Positions 52,425 through 61,983 of a stretch of DNA of 64,000 nt are shown one piece after another. Within the stretch, counting starts at the first letter, position 1; the number at the start of each line of letters is the position of its first letter. The DNA lies in assembly GCA_965200155.1 (NCBI GenBank), contig CBDATR010000005.1, positions 1 to 64,000 of the forward strand. Direction: 5' to 3'. The position numbers and the translations under genes were made by a program. This DNA comes from Nitrosopumilaceae archaeon. GTDB lineage: Archaea; Thermoproteota; Nitrososphaeria; Nitrososphaerales; Nitrosopumilaceae. Under the pieces are notes generated by a model. That model was not told the origin of the DNA, searched no databases, and saw only the letters and a list, made by a program, of their open reading frames with translations.

Positions 52425-52933
52425 TACTTTTCAGTATCTGTAGAGCCAACACTAAGACTAGAGGACGGCTTTAGCCTTATTTGATCCTCTTCGTCTTTGG
52501 CAACCACGTATGAGGGTATGTCCACTACGCCCTCTCCTAGCATTATGTGGCCGTGTACTACCGCCTGTCTTGCCTGGTATGGAGATCTGAATCCCATCTT
52601 CTTCCACACTATGGTTTGTAGCCTTCGCGCAAGTATGTCGGTGACCTGCAGATTTAGCACATCGTCCAGCGTGGCGTCTTCGCCGACAAGCCCTACGCGT
52701 ATAAGTGACTTCATAAGTATGGGCTCTTTCTTTTCGCGTATCTCCCGTCGTAGAGCAAGCAGTGATCTGGCTTGATGCCTGACCCTTGAGAGTTCAGTGT
52801 GCGCCTTCCAGAGCTCTTTTTTACTGCGTAGCCCATATGAGCCTACAGTCTCCAGCTCCTCCATCTTCAAGTCATAGTTGAGCGGTCGCTTTGGTTTTCG
52901 CCAAACCTTGCGTGGATATTTTGGATCTCCCAT
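52424..52933 (-). CDS. rps4: 30S ribosomal protein S4
   Basis: MGDPK, YGLRSKKELW, RRLQT, ARQAVVHGHI. Confidence 0.96.
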   Translation of the reverse strand: MGDPKYPRKVWRKPKRPLNYDLKMEELETVGSYGLRSKKELWKAHTELSRVRHQARSLLALRREIREKKEPILMKSLIRVGLVGEDATLDDVLNLQVTDILARRLQTIVWKKMGFRSPYQARQAVVHGHIMLGEGVVDIPSYVVAKDEEDQIRLKPSSSLSVGSTDTEK

Positions 52934-52942
52934 ATCATCTCA

Positions 52943-53401
52943 CTATTTGCCCGGCTGAGCTTTGCCTCCTTTTGCCACACCGACAGTACTGCCCTTGCGA
53001 CCTGTTGTCCTGGTTCTCTGTCCTCTTACCTTCAGCCCGTATAGGTGTCTGTATCCGCGCCAGCTCTTGGTTAGCCTTTCCCGTTCTATGTCATTGCGTA
53101 TGGTAAACTCAATGTCCGATGTAAGTAGGTGCATATCCTTGCCGCTCTCTATGTCCTTGCGGCGGTTGAGGAACCATGTGGGAAATCCAGTCTTTAGGGG
53201 ATCAGTAATTATGTTCTCAATGTCCGATGCCTGACTCTCGCTTATGTATCCAATACTGGAGTGGGGGTCTATGTTCATTTTTTCAAGTATTGCCCTGGAA
53301 AAACTGTTACCCACGCCCCGTATCTGCTTTAGGCCTACCAGTGTCTTCTTCTCGCCGGGTATGTCGTTACCCAGTATTCTGACTATGTGTCTATACTCCA
53401 A
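52943..53401 (-). CDS. rps13: 30S ribosomal protein S13
   Basis: [25 protein letters not shown]. Confidence 0.96.
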   Translation of the reverse strand: MEYRHIVRILGNDIPGEKKTLVGLKQIRGVGNSFSRAILEKMNIDPHSSIGYISESQASDIENIITDPLKTGFPTWFLNRRKDIESGKDMHLLTSDIEFTIRNDIERERLTKSWRGYRHLYGLKVRGQRTRTTGRKGSTVGVAKGGKAQPGK

Positions 53402-53600
53402 TAGGCATTTTTGACTCCATGCCCATTAAAAACCATATGATCAAGTGGTGAATAACCAATCACTGGTTTGTGCATGCATGACAAAAACCTGTGTGCCATA
53501 GGAAAAGGTAGGTATCATTCACAGGAATAGAATGGCATTCTGTATCGTGACCTTGCGAATAAGCCGTTTCACTAATTTCCTACTGCTCGACAGGTTATAC

Positions 53601-53709
53601 TCCTGCTAACAACTTTAACCCGGAATGTCGAATATACTCCTAAATGGCATGACTTGTCCATTTTCGATCACTTCCTGCTAACAACTTTAACCCGGAATGT
53701 CGAATATAC
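53601..53709 (+). repeat. 37-bp perfect direct repeat separated by 35 bp (duplicated promoter)
   Basis: TCCTGCTAACAACTTTAACCCGGAATGTCGAATATAC at 53601-53637 and 53673-53709. Confidence 0.85.
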
Positions 53710-53712
53710 AGC

Positions 53713-54348
53713 ATGAAATTGAATCTGGATGGAATAATAGATACTTTAGAAGCGGTACAGGAGTCCCGGAACGCCCTGCTTACACAGTCTCGCCGTGCCA
53801 TATCCGCGTGTGGTCGTGCCATAATACTGACACACCGGGGTATGCATGAGGAGGCAGTAGAGGCGCTAAAGATTGCCGACACACAGATAAGAACTATGCA
53901 GAATGCGGCTCTGCCCTCAACCATGCATTATATCATACCTGCAGAGCAGGAGTATGCCGAGGCGTCCGTATTCATGAATATAGTAAGGCATGACAGTATA
54001 CCGGATATATCTGCCTTGGCCATACAGCCTGAGTCATACGTGCTGGGCATGCTGGATGTTATAGGCGAGCTCAAGCGTCTAATGCTGGATCAGATACGAA
54101 TGGGTATGGCCGATGCGGCACATCATACGTTTGATACCATGGAGCGCCTGTATACGGACTTGTACGAATTTGCCGCATATGATAAAGTTCTCAGAGAGTC
54201 TCGCCGCAAGCTGGATGTAGCGCGGATACTGCTGGAGGACTGCCGCTCCATTATAACCGAGGAGCAACGTAGGCAGGATATGTTACAAAGCATGCGGGCG
54301 ATGGGATTTGAACCCACGAACTCCTCAGAGACTAGCCCCTCAAGCTAG
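53713..54348 (+). CDS. Translin-family protein
   Basis: QEYAEA, YVLGMLDVIGELKR, RRKLD. Confidence 0.85.
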   Translation: MKLNLDGIIDTLEAVQESRNALLTQSRRAISACGRAIILTHRGMHEEAVEALKIADTQIRTMQNAALPSTMHYIIPAEQEYAEASVFMNIVRHDSIPDISALAIQPESYVLGMLDVIGELKRLMLDQIRMGMADAAHHTFDTMERLYTDLYEFAAYDKVLRESRRKLDVARILLEDCRSIITEEQRRQDMLQSMRAMGFEPTNSSETSPSS

Positions 54349-54377
54349 CGCCTTTGGCCAGGCTGGGCGACGCCCGC
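54293..54377 (-). tRNA. tRNA-Leu(GAG)
   Basis: GCGGGCG acceptor stem, CTAGC-TTGAGGG-GCTAG anticodon arm, long variable arm, GTTCAAATC T-loop. Confidence 0.95.
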
Positions 54378-54430
54378 ATAGACGCGCTCTTGCATGGTTT
54401 TTATAATCCTTGGGCATCATCACGATCTAG

Positions 54431-54667
54431 ATGCTTGTTCCAGTAAGATGTTTTACCTGTGGCAGTCTTATTGCGGACAGGTTTACCAGATACAAAAAGG
54501 AGATCCGGGCGGGCAAGGATCCTGGTGAGGTTCTGGACTTGATGAATATGAGTCGGTACTGTTGCAGGCGAATGTTTCTCACATCGGTGGAAACAATACA
54601 TCAAGTGATTCCGTTCTTTGAGGCAGTGGGCAAGAGAAACGAAGAGATACGACAGGATATTGCTTGA
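54431..54667 (+). CDS. rpoN: Archaeal RNA polymerase subunit N (Rpo10)
   Basis: PVRCFTCG...RYCCRRM. Confidence 0.96.
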   Translation: MLVPVRCFTCGSLIADRFTRYKKEIRAGKDPGEVLDLMNMSRYCCRRMFLTSVETIHQVIPFFEAVGKRNEEIRQDIA

Positions 54668-55902
54668 CTGGAATAATAACGTCTGTACGTGGTCGTGTAA
54701 TACTGAACAGCCGCGGTTCCCAAACACTTGAGATAGATATATCTGACGGTACCAGCACGGGTCGAGCCGCGGCGCCCTCCGGAGCCAGTGTGGGCATGCA
54801 CGAGGCTGTATCTTTTCCCGACGGTGGGCCTCAGGCATCACTGAATTTTTTAGATAATCATGTATCTGTGCTGTTGGGCGTTGATCCCGGTGACGCCTCT
54901 GCAATTTATGGTGCGCTGCGAGAGCTGGATCCTACCCCCTCCTATTCTGTGATGGGCGGTTCCCTTGCATATGCTGTATCGCTGGCGGCAGCACAATGTG
55001 CCGCAAAGTCAAAGAATTTGCCCCTCTATCATCATCTGGGCGGACGGGACTCGTACCGCTTGCCTATTCCTCTTGGTAACATACTGGGCGGGGGGGCCCA
55101 TGCAGGACCGGGCACTCCGGACATACAGGAGATACTGGTATGCGCTCTCAGGCCGGATACCATTCATGATGCTATATGGACCAACATTGCTATACATCAA
55201 GAATTAGGCCGCAAACTCTCCAGTCTGGATGGGAGTTTTACCCGAGGTCGCGGTGATGAGGGCGGCTGGGCTCCGGTTATGACAAACGAGAAGGCATTGG
55301 AGACATCGGCTCGCGTATGTGAGTCTCTGGGTTATACCCTGGGCAAGGATGTATCTCTGGGGGTTGATTTTGCCTCATCAACGCAGTATGATGCCAAGTC
55401 TGATCGGTATGTTTACGAGCGCGCAGGATTTAGCAACGACGCTGGGGAGCAGATAGAGTTTATCTCAGATATAATACGGCGATACAAGCTGGTGTATGCC
55501 GAGGATGGGGTACATGAGGAAGACTTTGATGGAATGGCCACGCTAACCTCCCGATTCCCTGATACGCTGGTGACCGGCGATGATTTGACGGTAACCAACC
55601 ATACCATACTGGAAAAGGCCGCATCCATGCATTCGTGCAACGCAGCCATACTGAAGGTCAACCAAGCGGGATCCCTGTACGAGGCTCTCCTCTTTGCGCG
55701 CACTGCACAGGAAAGGAGTATTCAGCTGGTAACCTCGCACCGTTCAGGCGAATCCACCAACTCACATATAACACATGTGGGTATAGCTACTGGCTCTTCA
55801 CTGTTAAAGGTGGGTGTAGTGGGGGGTGAACGGGTCGCTAAACTCAACGAGCTTCTGCGAATATCTGAGCATGATTTAATACAAGGCCTCGCAACCCTGT
55901 AA
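54664..55902 (+). CDS. eno: Enolase
   Basis: NSRG, PSGAS, GDEGG, GDDL, LKVNQ, SHRSGE. Confidence 0.96.
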   Translation: MTGIITSVRGRVILNSRGSQTLEIDISDGTSTGRAAAPSGASVGMHEAVSFPDGGPQASLNFLDNHVSVLLGVDPGDASAIYGALRELDPTPSYSVMGGSLAYAVSLAAAQCAAKSKNLPLYHHLGGRDSYRLPIPLGNILGGGAHAGPGTPDIQEILVCALRPDTIHDAIWTNIAIHQELGRKLSSLDGSFTRGRGDEGGWAPVMTNEKALETSARVCESLGYTLGKDVSLGVDFASSTQYDAKSDRYVYERAGFSNDAGEQIEFISDIIRRYKLVYAEDGVHEEDFDGMATLTSRFPDTLVTGDDLTVTNHTILEKAASMHSCNAAILKVNQAGSLYEALLFARTAQERSIQLVTSHRSGESTNSHITHVGIATGSSLLKVGVVGGERVAKLNELLRISEHDLIQGLATL

Positions 55903-55905
55903 TAC

Positions 55906-56517
55906 ATGCAGGCAAGCGCCCCGGATATCAAGAATAGGGTTCTGACAACGGGTATACGGGTGGGAACTGGTGTAAGGACCAAATTTATGCGGCCATACAT
56001 AACCTCTGATCCTCTTGACGGTTACTACATGTTCGACATTGAGATAACATTGCAGCGTATAGATACTGCGGCCCGATTCATACATGGTATAGGTCCCAGC
56101 AAGGTCTTGGTGTGTAGCGGTCGTGAATATGCATACTCACCCATTGAAAAATTCTCCGAACTGGTGGGTTGCATGATGAAGCTCAGTCGCTTTATGCCCG
56201 GCACCTTGACCAATCCGTCACTAAAGTACTATATTGAGCCCAAATTGCTACTGGTCTCGGATCCACAAGTTGATGAGCAGGCTGTCATAGAGGCGACTAA
56301 CGCGGGCATACCCGTGATCGGGGTGGCCAACACAGATAACCTGACGTCGAATATAGATCTTGTAATTCCTGCAAACAACAAGGGCCGTCGCTCACTAGCT
56401 ACCATATACTGGTTACTGGCGCGCCGTGTTCTCATAGTGGGGGGCAAGCTGGAAGAAGATGGCGTCATGCCCTATGAGATAGACGACTTCGAGACAAAGA
56501 ATTTTGAGGGAGAGTAA
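55906..56517 (+). CDS. rps2: 30S ribosomal protein S2
   Basis: RFMPGTLTN, DEQAVIEA, PANNKG. Confidence 0.95.
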   Translation: MQASAPDIKNRVLTTGIRVGTGVRTKFMRPYITSDPLDGYYMFDIEITLQRIDTAARFIHGIGPSKVLVCSGREYAYSPIEKFSELVGCMMKLSRFMPGTLTNPSLKYYIEPKLLLVSDPQVDEQAVIEATNAGIPVIGVANTDNLTSNIDLVIPANNKGRRSLATIYWLLARRVLIVGGKLEEDGVMPYEIDDFETKNFEGE

Positions 56518-57316
56518 AGTCCGTCCTCCTGCCGTATCTGGACTCTTTTATCCCAGGGGTGGCCTAGCGCGTAGCATAACTGATATCTTTCAAGCCGGTC
56601 CGGGATTACCTCCGGGTATGTCTAACAGTACGATAGCCGTGGTAGTTCCACATGCCGGTTATCAATACTCGGGAATGGTGGCTTCATACTCGTATTATGA
56701 GATATCCGGGAACGAGTATCCATACGCTGTAATGGTGGGTCCGGATCATCGGGGATTGGGAACTGGAATATCCTTGTCCGGTCACGCGCAATGGGAGACT
56801 CCATTGGGCGTATCACCTGTACATGAATCATCTGCCTTGGAGGGGTGTGGTGCCATGTGTGATGTTAGAGCCCATGCATCCGAGCACAGCCTGGAGGTAC
56901 AGCTGCCCATGATCCAGTATGTCTTTGGGCGTGTGCCCATACTTCCAATACTGCTCTCGGATCAGTCTATGGTTACCGCGGAGATGCTGGGCAGGCATCT
57001 GGCACTGAAAGTGGGTCCGGATAATCCAGCAATGATAGCCTCCTCGGATCTCACGCATTATGCTCCTGATAGTGTGGTCCGTGATAAAGACCGACATGCC
57101 ATAGACGCAATGCTGGACTTGGATATTGGGCGATTCTATGACACGCTGAGAGGGATGGGAATTACTGCGTGTGGATATGGGGCCATATCCACAATCATGC
57201 AGTATAGCATAGAGATGGGCGCATCCAAAGGGCGCCTACTGTCATATGTGACCAGCGGCGACACCGGTGGCGACAGAGAGTCGGTAGTGGGATACTGTGC
57301 TGTAGCATACGAGTAA
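56504..57316 (+). CDS. MEMO1/AmmeMemo system protein B
   Basis: PHAGYQYSG, EHSLEVQLP, ASSDLTHY, CGYG, VGY. Confidence 0.9.
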   Translation: MRESKVRPPAVSGLFYPRGGLARSITDIFQAGPGLPPGMSNSTIAVVVPHAGYQYSGMVASYSYYEISGNEYPYAVMVGPDHRGLGTGISLSGHAQWETPLGVSPVHESSALEGCGAMCDVRAHASEHSLEVQLPMIQYVFGRVPILPILLSDQSMVTAEMLGRHLALKVGPDNPAMIASSDLTHYAPDSVVRDKDRHAIDAMLDLDIGRFYDTLRGMGITACGYGAISTIMQYSIEMGASKGRLLSYVTSGDTGGDRESVVGYCAVAYE

Positions 57317-57540
57317 CTGTGACGTCATGATGTGCCAAACACTTCTGAATATGGGGGAGATTTGACTTAGTGTGCGTCTTTTGCTCCCTGACCATGTTGC
57401 GCAGTCAACCTAGTGACGTCTTAATCACTGTATGGATGATGTGTTCTCTCAAGCCAAATATTATAATCTGCAGAGTCGGCGCCCCGGTGTGCGGCGCCAA
57501 AGGACAGAAAGGTAATAAGCTCACGTCACACTGAAAATTC

Positions 57541-58209
57541 ATGTCTGAGATTCCCAGTGTGTCCAGGGAGCCACTTAATCTATTGTTCAATATGGGTGGC
57601 GTATCGAGGAAGAACGTATGGGATATAGATTTGCTGAACATACTAAACATGCTTGCCCGTGTGCTGGAGAAGAAAGACGGCGGGGATCTTCGCATGGCTG
57701 GTGTGGCAATTCTCTCCTCGACGCTAATATACAAAATGAAGGTGGATAGCATATTTGCCCTGCACCAGGAGACCGTAACCAAGAGTCCACCTCCAAAAAG
57801 AAAGCGTGTGGACATAGCAGAGATGCCCATGCCATATCGCCATCAATCCACATATGCTGTTACACTGGATGAGTTATTGGCTGAACTTCAAAACTTGGTG
57901 GTGTCCATTGCCAATCCTAGGACCCGCCGGTCTTCACGACTGAACATAACTCCAGTCGATGTGCCGGATATAAAGGAGCATATGCTGTCGCTGGAGCTTG
58001 CGATAAAACCGTACCAAGATCTGATACTGGAAAAACTACGGCACCTGGAACGCACACGATTTCAGGATATGGCATCTGAACTGGATTCTTTGGATTCTGT
58101 CCGCCTGTTCTTTGCAATACTCTTCTTGGCTAGCAATGGCAGGATAACCCTGGAACAGAATGGCGATGATATTATGATTATGATGTCCGACAATCAGGCG
58201 ACTCACTGA
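57541..58209 (+). CDS. scpA: Segregation/condensation protein ScpA-like kleisin
   Basis: VWDIDL, VTLDELL, FFAILFLA..ITLEQ. Confidence 0.75.
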   Translation: MSEIPSVSREPLNLLFNMGGVSRKNVWDIDLLNILNMLARVLEKKDGGDLRMAGVAILSSTLIYKMKVDSIFALHQETVTKSPPPKRKRVDIAEMPMPYRHQSTYAVTLDELLAELQNLVVSIANPRTRRSSRLNITPVDVPDIKEHMLSLELAIKPYQDLILEKLRHLERTRFQDMASELDSLDSVRLFFAILFLASNGRITLEQNGDDIMIMMSDNQATH

Positions 58210-58504
58210 GTATCGTGTACTTGTGACTAGCTTGAGACGGAACACGCCCTTGACAGTTTATATCGCCCAAGTAATTTTCCATATGTGCCGCCATGGCAGA
58301 TTCTAAATCCTGTTATTTCACTACGCGACATTCGCATAACAAGGCAGCACAGCATACTTTAGGGCTGGCGGGGATAATTCCCTACCGGTTTAGGGTGGTT
58401 TGCTTATACTGTTCCATGAAAACATGCCTCAGTTTGGAGCGTTCTAAACGACTACCGGACGCTGGATGGATCTCTATAAATTAGAGGTGCCTATGTACTA
58501 TGTT

Positions 58505-58897
58505 ATGAGAAAGACTGTAGAGAATCTTGCCACCAGTAAGATAACCGGTGGCAGGAGGCATCCGTTGCGCATACGCCGAAAATACGAGATTGACAGGTAT
58601 CCCAATGAGGCCCTGAACAGGGATCAGCAGGTGACAGTAATTCGGCGTGTCCGGGGCCGCAACAGCAAGACGGCTCTCAAGACCGTAGATTACGTGAATC
58701 TGGCCGGAGCTGACAAAAAGGTGATACGGACAAAGATTCTGAAGGTACTGGAGAACCCCACCAATAACGACTACCAGCGGCGGGGTGTTATAACACGAAG
58801 GGCCATACTGGAAACCAAGGAAGGCAAGTGCAGGGTAGTATCTAGGCCGGGCCAAGATGGTGTAGTCAACGCAGTCCTGATGGAGTCCAAGAAATAA
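58505..58897 (+). CDS. rps8e: 30S ribosomal protein S8e
   Basis: KITGG, RVRGRN, SRPGQDGVVNA. Confidence 0.95.
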   Translation: MRKTVENLATSKITGGRRHPLRIRRKYEIDRYPNEALNRDQQVTVIRRVRGRNSKTALKTVDYVNLAGADKKVIRTKILKVLENPTNNDYQRRGVITRRAILETKEGKCRVVSRPGQDGVVNAVLMESKK

Positions 58898-58921
58898 GTA
58901 GTATTCATGTAGACTCTATGT

Positions 58922-59737
58922 ATGGGTAAGCGCGTTGCAATTTTGGGTTGTGGTGTCATAGGCACACATCTTGCCTTGGCCATAGATCGTGGTTATATTC
59001 CTGCCACTCTGCATGCCGTATATGATGAGGATCCACTGGCATCAGAGCGACTTGCTGACAAGCTAAAGTCCAGGCCCATAATATCCCAAAATGCTCATCT
59101 ACTTTCGTACCCGCCTGTGGATGTGGTGGTGGAGGCTGCCTCGCAGACGGCGGTACGTAACGCGGGTCTGAGTGTACTGCAGAATCGTCGGGACCTGATT
59201 ATAATGAGCGTCGGCGCCTTGCTGGACGATAGTATCCGGGAGACACTGGAGGATGCGTGCAGCCATTATGGTTGTAGGGTTTACCTCCCCTCCGGTGCCA
59301 TAGGCGGCCTGGATGCCATTGCTGCGGTCAAGCAAGAGGTAGAAAAAATATCCATAACCACCACAAAGAGTCCCTCCTCTCTTGGAGGTGCACCTTACTT
59401 TGAGGAGTTTCACACTGATCCCGCTACCATACAGGAAAGGACTGTTCTGTTCTCTGGTACTGCAACAGATGCAGTAAAACTATTCCCGGCTAACGTGAAT
59501 GTGGCTGCCCTTGTCTCCCTGGCCGCTGGCCGTAACGCTACCGTTACTGTGGTGGCGGATCCTGGCACTACAAAAAATATCCACGTCATAGACGCCTCTG
59601 GAACATTTGGCTCCATGTCGTTTGTGATACATAATGTGCCAGATGCTGATAACCCTCGTACCAGCAGGCTGGCAATACTGGCTGCCATAGAAACATTATA
59701 TCGATACTGCTCGTATACCGTGAGAATTGGCACTTAA
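58922..59737 (+). CDS. nadX: L-aspartate dehydrogenase
   Basis: GCGVIG, VEAAS, SGAIGGLD, FPANVNVA, NPRTS; adjacent to nadA. Confidence 0.92.
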   Translation: MGKRVAILGCGVIGTHLALAIDRGYIPATLHAVYDEDPLASERLADKLKSRPIISQNAHLLSYPPVDVVVEAASQTAVRNAGLSVLQNRRDLIIMSVGALLDDSIRETLEDACSHYGCRVYLPSGAIGGLDAIAAVKQEVEKISITTTKSPSSLGGAPYFEEFHTDPATIQERTVLFSGTATDAVKLFPANVNVAALVSLAAGRNATVTVVADPGTTKNIHVIDASGTFGSMSFVIHNVPDADNPRTSRLAILAAIETLYRYCSYTVRIGT

Positions 59738-59828
59738 TGTTGGCAAAAATTGCCTTCATTAAAAGCAATAATAACCATATTCGACATTAACATTTCGCTT
59801 AAATCATGGATACTTGTACATTCGATCT

Positions 59829-60773
59829 ATGCAGGAGGATGTGGCTGACCGCATACGCCAGCTCAAGAAAGAGAAGAATGCCGTTATTCTAGCGCACAAC
59901 TACCAGATACCCCAAGTACAGGATGTGGCAGATATAGTGGGAGACTCGCTAAACCTCTCCAGACAAGCCGCCAAGGTGGATCAGGATATCATTATATTTT
60001 GCGGCGTACATTTTATGGCGGAAACCGCGGCCATAATTAGCCCTCAAAAACAAGTACTCATACCGGATCCTGATGCCGGTTGCTCGCTGTCTGACTCCAT
60101 AACGGCATCGCAGTTACGAGAATGGAAGAAAGATCATCCCGGTTCTGTGGCAGTAGGATACGTAAATACCACGGCCCAGATAAAGGCCGAACTTGACTAT
60201 TGCTGTACCTCGTCCAATGCGGTGAACGTGGTGCGAGCCATTCCTGCAGATCAGGACATACTCTTTCTACCCGACATGTTCTTGGGGTCATATGTGGGCA
60301 AGATGACGGGACGCAAGAACATGTATGTGTGGGCCGGTGAATGCCATGTACACGCGGGTATTACCTCGCAGGATGTGGAAAAGAAGATGCGCGGCCTAGA
60401 CGATGCCGAGTTTGTCATACATCCTGAGTGCAGCTGTACCACTCCAATGTTATATGATCTGGCATCGGGCCAGTACCGCGACAGACCTGTGTCCATCCTG
60501 TCCACTGAGGGCATGATGAAGCATGTCAAGAATTCCAGATCTACCAGTTTTGTGGTAGCCACCGAGACCGGTATACTGCACAGGATGAGGCGGCAGAATC
60601 CGGGGAAACAGTTCTTGCCTGCCTCCGACAAGGCTGAGTGTCAATACATGAAGATGATAACCTTGGAGAAGGTGTATGATTCTCTGGCAAATGACAGATA
60701 CCTAGTCACTGTTCCCTCGGACATATCCTCTCGTGCCCGCTTGGCCATAGACAGGATGCTGGCTATAAGCTGA
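59829..60773 (+). CDS. nadA: Quinolinate synthase
   Basis: LAHNYQ, CGVHFMAE, YVNT, CTSSNA, HPEC, CQYMK. Confidence 0.96.
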   Translation: MQEDVADRIRQLKKEKNAVILAHNYQIPQVQDVADIVGDSLNLSRQAAKVDQDIIIFCGVHFMAETAAIISPQKQVLIPDPDAGCSLSDSITASQLREWKKDHPGSVAVGYVNTTAQIKAELDYCCTSSNAVNVVRAIPADQDILFLPDMFLGSYVGKMTGRKNMYVWAGECHVHAGITSQDVEKKMRGLDDAEFVIHPECSCTTPMLYDLASGQYRDRPVSILSTEGMMKHVKNSRSTSFVVATETGILHRMRRQNPGKQFLPASDKAECQYMKMITLEKVYDSLANDRYLVTVPSDISSRARLAIDRMLAIS

Positions 60774-60990
60774 GATTGCCCCTTCCTGAATTATGCCACA
60801 CACCCTTCGGGCAGATTGCGTAAGATTTCTTTTGATATGGGAAATGTTCTTTGCACGTCAGTATAAACCGGAATTATATTGCATAATCTCTCACGTGTAG
60901 TATTTATCTCTCAGTGGCATTTCTAAATCATATCGGTGCTGTATGACCAATCGCCCTGTCTCGTTTGTGTAATGGCCAGTGAATCCATAT

Positions 60991-61939
60991 TCAATAGTAC
61001 GAAAAGTAAGTCCGCTTAGGATCCGGCGTACAGTAGCTGACTATTTCATTGCACAAGCCAATGGTAAAGAGAATAACAGAGGAATCAAGATAAAAGAGGC
61101 GTTGCCGCAACCAAAATAGCTCAAGACCTGAAACAAGACACGTACGAAGATTGTGAACCAGAGAACGGGGACGACTCAAGATGGGCAGGCCCATGATACC
61201 AATCACCGCCACCCAGATACGAATGGTGACTGAAGCATACAGCAAGGACCCCGCCGGAGTAGTACGTATTGCAAAGAGGCTTAGACATGATACATATCGC
61301 GCAGTATGTCACATAATGAAAAAGAACGGCACGACAGTCTCATCACCTGCAAAGTCAGAGTGGGTACGCTATGAGCGTAAATATTCCAATGCAATGTGGC
61401 ACTGGCATGTCATGAAAGATGAGCGCTTCGAGGGACTGAATCTCATAGATGATACATCCAGGTATAGTCGGGGCGGCACTATTCTAGCATGCAGCCTTAG
61501 AGAACGCCACTCTATTACTGAGACTGGCAATGAAACGATTCGGCGCCCCTGCATCTCGGATAACGGCGCGTGTTTCGTAGGACAATAAAAGGGCAAGAAA
61601 AGCTGGAAACCCACTATTCTAGGAAGAACTGCTGGATCAAGACATCATACTAATCAATTCCAGACCATATCACCCGCAGACAAATGGCAAACTGGAGCGC
61701 TTCCACAGAACGATTGAGGACGAGGGGACTCTTATTTAAGAGTCCAACGAGATATGGTATTATGACAGTCTCCGGGATTATGTGGACTACTACAATGAGA
61801 GAAGATTGCACTTCTCACTGGATAGATAACGACGAAACACCACTCCAGGAATAAAAAGGCGACCCAGACTAGGGCAAATGATGCAAAATGGACGGAGCGG
61901 GATGCCAATGAGTAGCGGACCGACTTTTCATACATTACA
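60991..61939 (+). mobile_element. Non-autonomous IS481-family element, copy 4
   Basis: Same body and ends as copy 1. Confidence 0.88.
61725..61746. mobile_element. 22-bp hairpin micro-element nested in IS481
   Basis: GGGACTCTTATTTAAGAGTCCA with ACGAG duplication (61720-61724, 61747-61751); absent from the other IS481 copies. Confidence 0.75.
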
Positions 61940-61983
61940 ATGTGATGACAATACTAATAAACTATCGACCATACTTTATCAAA

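Noticed and set aside
59777-59788. 12-bp match to the core of the 53601 repeat upstream of nadA
   Set aside because: A match of this length is plausible by chance; no further support
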